Assembly (NCBI GenBank): GCA_032128875.1
Contig: JAVLKG010000013.1
Span: forward strand, 45,610-109,609
Reading direction: 5' to 3'
From: Candidatus Melainabacteria bacterium 17Bon1m
Lineage (GTDB): Bacteria > Cyanobacteriota > Vampirovibrionia > Obscuribacterales > Obscuribacteraceae
DNA length: 64,000 nt
Position numbers and translations under genes: made by a program. The notes below the pieces were generated by a model. The model did not search any database and was not told the DNA's origin. It saw nothing but the letters and a program-made list of their open reading frames with translations. Positions 57,134-64,000 of this stretch are shown here, one piece after another (position 1 is the first letter of the stretch; each line of letters begins with the position of its first letter).

Positions 57134-58332
57134 CAATTATGGGTGACGATTCCGCGCAGAAAGAACTGGAATTTTGGCGCGACGGAAAGTTGGGTAAAGC
57201 GGGAAGGTCCGGCTCATCCTCAGGATCGATTGGTAAAGACAGACCTGCTGTGCTTTTCGGTCAGGTCCGTGAAGATGCCGAAGTTGAAGTCTCTTTGTTT
57301 CGCTCGATAAAGTCGAAAGCGAAGCAGAACGTTTTTGCTATTGCGTCTGGTGGTTGTACAGCGCTTTCGCTAGCAACAGTGAAAGAATGCAAGGTCATGG
57401 CTGTGGACATAAATCCCGCCCAAATTTATCTTTGCCTTTTAAAGACAGCGGCTTTGACAAGACTAAGCTTTGGTGAAGCGCAACTTGCGATGATCCAGAA
57501 CGCCTCAGCGTACTTTGACAGGGTTGCAGAGCTGCTTCCGGCTGAAGCCCGTGAGTATTTTTTGCAAGATCGAAGTTTGCTGTCCGGTGGCTTGAACAAT
57601 TGCGGAGTCACTGATAGTCGCATAAAACAATTGATGTCGCTTTTCTTTTTGTCGGTTCATACGAAAGAACAGACGCGTCAATTTTTAAGCTTGCCTACTC
57701 TTCAAGTCCAGCAACAGCAGTTTGCCAAAATGTGGAAAAACTGGCAGTGGGACTTTGCTTTGAGTGTTGTTCTCAGCAAGACTTTTCTATCGTTGGGTTT
57801 TGGAAACGAAGCCATCGACAAACTGCCGAAGAATTTCTCAGCCATCATGAAAGCGCGTATTGAGCGAGCCTTGAATGAAGTGCCTGTCTTCAATAACGGA
57901 TATGTATGGCAGACATTTCTTGCTGAGTATCCTCGCGGCGAAAAGGGAGAAGCTTTAGAAACCTCTTTGCCGCCTTATTTGCAGGCTAAGAATCAAAAAC
58001 AGCTGAAGGAAAATTTGCCGCGCGTTTTATTCTCCGTGGATGATGCGGTCGGTTGGTTGGAAGAGCAAAAGGATAATTCCATTGATATGTTCGCCCTTTC
58101 CAATATATTGGAGCTGGTCAAATCAGACTATGGAGTCAAGCTTGCTGAGCAGGTTTCAAGAACAGCTCGTCCCGGCGCGCTTATATGTTTACGCTCCATT
58201 TTTCCTAAAGATGAGCCTGTGCTGCGCGATCTGAACGGCAAACTAAAATACATGCCTGAGCTGAGCGCAGAAATGGAAGCTAAAGACCGAAGCTGCTTCT
58301 GCAATTTCATCCAGGTGTATCAGAAGGCGTAG
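57130..58332 (+). CDS. DUF3419 / BtaA-like SAM:3-amino-3-carboxypropyl transferase family protein
   Basis: F.QVRED..VE, IASGGCTA, VDINPAQ..L..LK, LP.YL and LSNI.E motifs; GTG 57130 or ATG 57139. Confidence 0.82.
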   Translation: MTIMGDDSAQKELEFWRDGKLGKAGRSGSSSGSIGKDRPAVLFGQVREDAEVEVSLFRSIKSKAKQNVFAIASGGCTALSLATVKECKVMAVDINPAQIYLCLLKTAALTRLSFGEAQLAMIQNASAYFDRVAELLPAEAREYFLQDRSLLSGGLNNCGVTDSRIKQLMSLFFLSVHTKEQTRQFLSLPTLQVQQQQFAKMWKNWQWDFALSVVLSKTFLSLGFGNEAIDKLPKNFSAIMKARIERALNEVPVFNNGYVWQTFLAEYPRGEKGEALETSLPPYLQAKNQKQLKENLPRVLFSVDDAVGWLEEQKDNSIDMFALSNILELVKSDYGVKLAEQVSRTARPGALICLRSIFPKDEPVLRDLNGKLKYMPELSAEMEAKDRSCFCNFIQVYQKA

Positions 58333-58345
58333 GTGCGGATTTTAA

Positions 58346-58401
58346 GTAAGGTAGCCGCATGCGGCTCCCTGCCAGGGCGGAGCGTGCGCCGTCCCTGCTA
58401 C
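58346..58401. repeat. Degenerate REP doublet, reverse orientation
   Basis: GTAAGGTAGCCGCATGCGGCTCCCTGCCAGGGCGG...GCTAC matches the reverse complement of 21159-21211; lies between convergent genes. Confidence 0.7.
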
Positions 58402-58409
58402 GCAGAACG

Positions 58410-59393
58410 TTAGTCACCCATGGCTGCGGCGGCTTGAGTCTGTGCGATGCTCAGAGCGGCCTGTCTGTCGGCGTGCGCTTCTTTGTCTTTCGCAAGCGAT
58501 TCGTAGCAGTCGGCGCGATGCATGTATGCGTCTTTCAGGTTAAAGCCGAGTTCAATAACCTTGGTGAAATCTTCAACGGCATCAACGAGGTGGCGCATTT
58601 TTTGCAAGCAGAGTCCGCGCTTCCAGTGCGCTTCTGGGCGATCCGGCTCGCTCTTCACCAGCATGTCGAGATCTTCCATTGCGCGCTCATAGTCTGCCAG
58701 CCGGAAGAACGCTTCGGCGCGAAGATAGTAGGCTTCGGGGACTTGTCCATCAAGATTTATCGATTCGCTGATGTCAGTCGCTGCTTTTTTGTTTTCGCCT
58801 AATTCCAAAAAGGCAGTTCCTCTTCCCAGGTAGGCGAGGGAGGAGTCTGGCTTCAACTCCAATACTTGTTCGTAAATCGGAATGGCATTTTTGTGATCGC
58901 CTTGCGCTGCCATTTCGAGCGCCTTGATAAAGAGATCGTCCGGATTTGCAGCGCGGTCTACGATAACTGTGGCAGCATTGTCGTTTTCACTGTCTTCCAG
59001 CCGGCGTTTTAAGTCGCTGATTGAGCGTTTCCACTCACTGGCAGAATTTGTATCGGCCCAGACTTCTTTGAGCTCGGAGTTTTCTTCAATGCGCCTGAGT
59101 ACTTTCAGCGCCATAGCAACGACTTCTTTGCCGGCAACGAATTTGCGGTTGGAAAGCCATGTTGCCGCTTCCTCCGGCAGTTGGCTGGACGGTTTGCCTC
59201 TGGCGGCAACGACTAGTTCTGCTGCGGCAACTGCTATTTCGCACTCAGGAGCTTGCAAGTAATCGGTTGCAGGCAACTTTGCGACATTCACGATTGCGCG
59301 TAATATTGCCGACGTGCTTTCTCCGGAGACTAGCTCTATTAGCCATTCTCTGGCTGTGTCATTTTCAAATGCGCCAACGTCCCAATCGCCCAT
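58410..59393 (-). CDS. DUF4259-domain protein with C-terminal TPR repeats
   Basis: MG.W.VG.FEND.A..W, AAAE.V, SEL.E.W and L..RL; then AY..RG / AYY.RA / AH..RG / AY..RA TPR units. Confidence 0.85.
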   Translation of the reverse strand: MGDWDVGAFENDTAREWLIELVSGESTSAILRAIVNVAKLPATDYLQAPECEIAVAAAELVVAARGKPSSQLPEEAATWLSNRKFVAGKEVVAMALKVLRRIEENSELKEVWADTNSASEWKRSISDLKRRLEDSENDNAATVIVDRAANPDDLFIKALEMAAQGDHKNAIPIYEQVLELKPDSSLAYLGRGTAFLELGENKKAATDISESINLDGQVPEAYYLRAEAFFRLADYERAMEDLDMLVKSEPDRPEAHWKRGLCLQKMRHLVDAVEDFTKVIELGFNLKDAYMHRADCYESLAKDKEAHADRQAALSIAQTQAAAAMGD

Positions 59394-59546
59394 GATGTGC
59401 CTTTTTTGCAGTAGGAAATTCGGGGAAACCTGAGAATTTCGGGGTCCGCCTATTCTAGCAAACGCCCGAAATAAAAACCCCAAAAAGTTGCAAGCAGAAC
59501 CAGTTACGGTTCTGCTCGCGGAGTGCGGCCTCGTGGAAAATTGTGC

Positions 59547-59945
59547 TCAGCTTCCTTGACGTTTCAAATAGTTTTTGTCAAGCGTCTTGAGCTCTTTCAC
59601 TTTGCCAGGTTGCAAGAACGCTTGAAGGCGATAGTTGCTGTCCTTGGCTTTGTGACCTTTATTTTGGCTGCGCTGATCGAACCAGTGGTCGTGATCAGAG
59701 CCTTGTGCCAGTGTGGCGTGTGAGCCGGTATGTGTTTGTTGTTTGGGTGGCTCGTATGTTTTGCTGCTCACCAGGGAGTTTTGGATGATCGACTGATAGT
59801 AATTGTGTGCGCTTACTTGCAATTCTTCAGCTTCCGCATGTCGGACAGAGGGTGCACCGGTGCGGGCTTGAGGACGCTCAGTCGGTTTTAAGATGCGCAG
59901 AACTTTTGTAATTCCGTCGGATAAATTGATAGACATAACCTGCAT
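59547..59945 (-). CDS. Hypothetical protein (start uncertain)
   Basis: Shares the HWF...S.YRLQA motif with 60182-60604. Confidence 0.55.
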   Translation of the reverse strand: MQVMSINLSDGITKVLRILKPTERPQARTGAPSVRHAEAEELQVSAHNYYQSIIQNSLVSSKTYEPPKQQTHTGSHATLAQGSDHDHWFDQRSQNKGHKAKDSNYRLQAFLQPGKVKELKTLDKNYLKRQGS

Positions 59946-60181
59946 GACCTTTGGTGTGAAGCCGGTTTTGATGCCGAACTTCAGGATTCCACCCGACAAG
60001 GGTTTTTACTAAACGCCAGCCAGTAGATCCACTCTCAGACGCAAACGCAGACACGGTCCCTTTGATCAGCCCCCGAACCAGCCGCGTAATTTCAATGTAG
60101 CCAACGGTTGTGAAAATTATGTGAGAGCAGAAAAGATATTTGAGACTTGGAAAACCCAGTGCAGAAGCCTCGTTTGATTGA

Positions 60182-60604
60182 TTACGAATGTTCGCCTGCG
60201 GTTTCGGATGGCCTGTCTACCTCGTGCAATGCTTCTTGGCTCAACTGCGAAGCCAATGCCTGCAGGCGATGATAGCTGCTCGAGCTTTTTCGCAGGCCCG
60301 GTGTCAAACCTTCCTTGTTGTTTTCGAACCAGTGTTCTTGTGGGTTGGCTAGCAGCAGAGGCAGGTCTTTAATAGTTTTCTGAGCAGCAGATGTGCGTTT
60401 CAAATTGATGATTTTTCTTTGCTGCCCATCTTTTATTTGTGGAAGGGCTTTGTCTGAGCTGGTCTGCTTCAGTTTGGTAACGAACGCGTCTGCTTCATCT
60501 CTCGATAGTCTCATCGAACTTTCTATATGAAGACGGACGATGCGCTTCAGTCTTAAGTACCAATAGATCAAATATTTCCTGAAAGTAAGTAACTCGGCAC
60601 GCAT
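60182..60604 (-). CDS. Hypothetical protein
   Basis: GAGG RBS; HWFEN...SSYHRLQAL. Confidence 0.6.
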   Translation of the reverse strand: MRAELLTFRKYLIYWYLRLKRIVRLHIESSMRLSRDEADAFVTKLKQTSSDKALPQIKDGQQRKIINLKRTSAAQKTIKDLPLLLANPQEHWFENNKEGLTPGLRKSSSSYHRLQALASQLSQEALHEVDRPSETAGEHS

Positions 60605-61149
60605 TTGTGTTTCCTCAAGTTTCCTATGTCCAGCTGCTTTTCACGACGGCCGAACATTCCCCCAATGTTTTTACCTTAAGGCAGATTTGTGAAAAACCCG
60701 TGAGGATGGGGCGAATGTTGATGTAGTGGGAAAACTTTTGGGGCATGTCGAAGGCTTTCTGAAGGTGTTTGCGTAAAGCCTTGCGCAGCCGACGATAGCG
60801 GCGAGTAACGTTAAAACCTTAAGAAAAGGTTAGCAAAGCTTCGCGAGCTCTATTTTCCGCTTGATGCGCGAGCTTATACTAACTACTTTTTTTCTCATGA
60901 ACCCTTACTGGGCTTAGAAAAGACTGGATTGTCAAGAACTGATATCTGTAGGGTGGAGGTGCCTTTTAATTCTTCCATGACGAACTAGACACCTCCGCCG
61001 TAACGACGACCCAGTAACCTTTAGCACTGTTTCTCCCTCGATCTTTTGACCGATGGAGCAACTCGTCGTTTGTCGGATCTGTTGTTCGCCACCAGGAAGA
61101 TGTGGCCGTGTTTCCTACACGCAACCTTCAACCGTTAGGAGAAAGCAAA

Positions 61150-61662
61150 ATGGATACATCAAATCCCACATCTCTTGGAGGCCTACGACCTTCGGGCCAG
61201 GGGGCTTCCCTTCTCGACCTGGGCGGACATGGCGGCGACAACTCGCTGATCATCGTCGGAAACGGCTCGGAAAGCCCAGGTAACGCGTTCGACATCGGCG
61301 GCGAACTGCGCTTCCTGAAGAAGGCAGCCGACCTGCAGCTCTATGCCAGCGTCGTGCCTGCCACCATCGCCACCTACGACCTCGTCCTGGACGGGCCGAT
61401 CGTTGTTCCGGTCGTGGCTCAGTACTTCGACAAGATCGCCGCGGTGATCATGCGCACCATCAGCCAGGAAATGGCCATCGAGGTGAAGACCGCCAAGGTC
61501 GACCGCGAAGGCCTGCGCCTGACGATGCGTCTGCGCTGCATTCCGCTGCAGGTGGAACTCCTGGAACACCGCTTTCCTGGGGTGCAGATTCTTCTCGTCA
61601 TGCACGAGGAGCCTGCCGAAACTGCGGAAACTGCCGTGGAGGATGGACAGGCGACGGTCTAA
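61150..61662 (+). CDS. Hypothetical protein upstream of AAA+ ATPase
   Basis: AGGAG RBS; Gly-rich N-terminus; C-terminal beta-alpha-beta-beta-alpha-beta-like pattern. Confidence 0.75.
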   Translation: MDTSNPTSLGGLRPSGQGASLLDLGGHGGDNSLIIVGNGSESPGNAFDIGGELRFLKKAADLQLYASVVPATIATYDLVLDGPIVVPVVAQYFDKIAAVIMRTISQEMAIEVKTAKVDREGLRLTMRLRCIPLQVELLEHRFPGVQILLVMHEEPAETAETAVEDGQATV

Positions 61663-61782
61663 CAGCTGTTTCCTCTCCAACTTCAAGGTTACACATCTGA
61701 ATCCTCTTCACCGGAAGCGGAGCCATAGCTGCGCTTCTTTGTGTGCGGAGGGCGTCAATCTGTAAGTGAAAGGACTAGTACC

Positions 61783-63324
61783 ATGACTACTGCAACTGCA
61801 ACGTCAACCGCGCCGAACTGGGGTGAGCCGTTGGATCTGACGGTCCTGAGCCCTCGCGAGCAGCGGTTCGACTCATTCATCAACCGGGTCATCATCGGGC
61901 AGCCTCGGGGCAAGCGGGCGGCCAAGCGCGCCTTCCGCCGCATCGAGAGCAAGCTGCGCACCGGTCGCACGCCGGTGTACTCGATCCTGGCGCTCGGTCC
62001 GACCACCTGCGGCAAGTCGGAAATCGCTTTCCGTCTCGCCGAATTCCTCCACGGTGACCGCTACGCGGTGCTCAAGCTGGACGGCTCGGAGTACATGACC
62101 GAGAGCCGGCTGACGCACCTCATCGGCGGTACCGCACAGTGGACCGGCTTCGTCGACAAGTCGCGCGCGGACTACGTGCCGCCGCGTCCCGACGAGAAGG
62201 ACTCCATGTGCGAGCTCAACAACCACAACCTGACCTGGAGCCGCCGCGGTTCCAAGTGCCCGGTGACCATCGTGCTCGTTGACGAGTGGGACAAGGCGTG
62301 CCTGGAGTTCAACAACATCATGTTGAGCATCCTGCGCGACGGCTACTACACGCTCGGCAACGGCGAGGTGGTCGACTTCCGCAACTGCATCTTCATCTTC
62401 ACGGCCAACCTCGGCGCCCGTGATGTGGAGCGTGCGGTCGAGAAGGCGAAGAATCCGCTGGGCTTCACCCGCGGCGGCGAAGAGCTGTCGAAGGCGGAGA
62501 CCGAGGACCTCTTCAACAAGCACCTCAAGGAGTTCACCGCTCCCGAATTCCGTGCTCGCATCGCCGAGAACGGAGAGGTCGTCATCTTCGACAAGCTCAC
62601 CCCCGACGAAATCGGTCAGGTGCGCGACCTCAAGATCGACGAGCTGACGGCGCACGTTCAGAAGGAAGCGGACGTCACCATCACCATCGACGAAGACGCG
62701 CGCAAGGCATTGCTCGCGCTGGCGTTGGTGAACGATGGTACGGTCGCCAACCTGAACGGCGTGCTCAAGCTGCACATCACCGACAACATCGACAACCTGC
62801 TCGTCTGCAAGGTGATCGAGCCCAAGGCGAACCTCCTGGTCACCGCTGCCGGCGACGTCATCCAGATGCGCAAGGAAGTGAAGCCGATCCTGCTCGTCTC
62901 CGGAATGGACAGCGATGAATATCGCGCTGCCACGGCGGAGGCGGACGAGCGGCTCGCTGCTGCGCAGAAGGGCAAGGAGAACGGTGGCGTCGATGTCGAC
63001 GCGGTTCGCAACGCAGGGCAGGAAGCCGTGCGCAAGGCCGCAGAAGAGCAGAAGAAGCTGCGCCAGCCTTTCGTGGTCACGGTGGTCACCGGCACGCCGG
63101 AAAACCTCGCGATCGCGCTCAAGGATCTGGACCGGATGTTCGCCGAGCTCGACATCCGCAAGGTCACGCAGAACACCAAGTTCGGCGCGATGGTGCAGAC
63201 GCCTGGCGGTATCGTCCAGGGCGACCTGACCGAGATCGAAGTGCAGGCTGACATTCGCGACATGGTGAAGTTGCGTGTGGCGGCGCCGATGATCGGTATC
63301 AAGGTGCAGGAAGCGTCGATGTAA
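61783..63324 (+). CDS. Single-domain Clp-type AAA+ ATPase (ClpA/B/C D2-like)
   Basis: IIGQ, Walker A GPTTCGKS, LDGSEY...L.G, Walker B VLVDEWDKA, G..VDFRN.IFIFT.NLG, PLGF and PEFRARI motifs. Confidence 0.88.
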   Translation: MTTATATSTAPNWGEPLDLTVLSPREQRFDSFINRVIIGQPRGKRAAKRAFRRIESKLRTGRTPVYSILALGPTTCGKSEIAFRLAEFLHGDRYAVLKLDGSEYMTESRLTHLIGGTAQWTGFVDKSRADYVPPRPDEKDSMCELNNHNLTWSRRGSKCPVTIVLVDEWDKACLEFNNIMLSILRDGYYTLGNGEVVDFRNCIFIFTANLGARDVERAVEKAKNPLGFTRGGEELSKAETEDLFNKHLKEFTAPEFRARIAENGEVVIFDKLTPDEIGQVRDLKIDELTAHVQKEADVTITIDEDARKALLALALVNDGTVANLNGVLKLHITDNIDNLLVCKVIEPKANLLVTAAGDVIQMRKEVKPILLVSGMDSDEYRAATAEADERLAAAQKGKENGGVDVDAVRNAGQEAVRKAAEEQKKLRQPFVVTVVTGTPENLAIALKDLDRMFAELDIRKVTQNTKFGAMVQTPGGIVQGDLTEIEVQADIRDMVKLRVAAPMIGIKVQEASM

Positions 63325-63502
63325 CGCATCGGCTAGCGTCAGCTGAAGCACTACCCATGAGGTCGGCTCGATGAGAGCCGAGTATGTTTCTTTATGAGCA
63401 CATAGTTGCTCATGGCGAAGCTAGTTGCCGGCGGGCTGCTTTCGAGAGAAATCTCGACTGTGGTCCGCCGGTACCTCCAACAATTAAGACAAGGAGCTAA
63501 CC

Positions 63503-63853
63503 TTGCGTACTACTGATAGAAACATTCGGCATCCGCGCCTGGAGCAATCGGGCTGGTTCAACCAGTTCTGGGGACCTTCAGGAGCGTTTCCGGTGCAGTT
63601 GATGGGGTTGCTCTCTACCGGAGAAACGGTCTACTTCCGCGCTCGCGGGGGCAAGATCACTCTCGAGGTGGCAGCGTGCGCCGACGAACTCGACAGCGAC
63701 GCAGTCATCGCCCGCTTCCGCAAGGATGTGGTCGTTGATGAAGCCAATCAGTTCGGTGCCAGCATGATGGGGCAGGACGAAGCTGCCGAGCTGATCGAGC
63801 AATGGCTCGGTGAGTATCGCGGCGGCGCCCGCCCCAAGGCTGAGCGCAACTAG
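63503..63853 (+). CDS. Conserved hypothetical protein (PVQ..G...G...YFRARG family)
   Basis: AAGGAG RBS before TTG; A.PVQ..G....E.VYFRARG motif. Confidence 0.7.
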   Translation: MRTTDRNIRHPRLEQSGWFNQFWGPSGAFPVQLMGLLSTGETVYFRARGGKITLEVAACADELDSDAVIARFRKDVVVDEANQFGASMMGQDEAAELIEQWLGEYRGGARPKAERN

Positions 63854-63875
63854 CACCCGACCAGTGTCGGTTTTG

Positions 63876-63919
63876 GAATGCCGGTGGGCAGCCTTGCGCT
63901 CCCATCGGCATTCTTTTTT
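63876..63919 (+). terminator. Intrinsic terminator
   Basis: GAATGCCGGTGGG...CCCATCGGCATTC followed by T6. Confidence 0.7.
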
Positions 63920-64000
63920 GAAGCCTATTCTATTCATACATATAGTATCTTGGCAGCCAACCAGCTGAAATTGAGGGTTTCAGAACTCTTGGACATTCGG

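Noticed and set aside
47984-63502. Integron attC sites in the structured spacers (several stops read TAAC)
   Set aside because: No consistent RYYYAAC...GTTRRRY pairing with L boxes, and no integron integrase seen.
6205-63950. TAC-N4/5-GTA words after several terminators (about 6207, 24058, 37616, 42390, 63937) as LexA-like boxes
   Set aside because: Spacing and orientation are inconsistent; could be chance or -10-like elements.

Overview
This is a gene-dense bacterial chromosomal window with about 55 credible CDSs. I saw no rRNA, tRNA or CRISPR array. The gene style (DUF1574/SGNH protein, SAF-domain pairs, acidic EF-hand-like orphans, GTAG-type REP hairpins, long intergenic gaps) is compatible with a non-photosynthetic cyanobacterial relative such as Vampirovibrionia/Obscuribacterales; this is inference only. 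Recognisable content: a glycogen-debranching enzyme (5'-truncated), a split Aas-like acyl-activation/acyltransferase pair, a serpin, an IS1595-family transposase, a GH144-like/GH1/discoidin-glycosidase/ABC locus, Bax inhibitor-1, HugZ-like, NUDIX, an esterase, DHH, HAD, NADAR-like, EEP, DUF502, DacB, a DUF2071-methyltransferase-DoxX-like-DUF3419 operon and a single-ring Clp-type AAA+ ATPase. The most unusual items are: (1) an operon of five tandem paralogous membrane-anchored proteins built from 12 copies of an unnamed ~55-60 aa beta-rich repeat, led by a USP-CDF fusion transporter; (2) a D2-only Clp ATPase that keeps the LGF ClpP-docking loop, with a possible partner gene; (3) a CoaX-HD phosphohydrolase fusion; (4) a divergent NADAR/EEP and HAD/DHH cluster around a 1.65-kb non-coding gap; (5) a recurring sigma70-like promoter followed by a 160-250 nt pyrimidine-rich, boxA-like leader in front of the GC3-rich operons. 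All family calls come from motif recognition by eye; no database searches were run.
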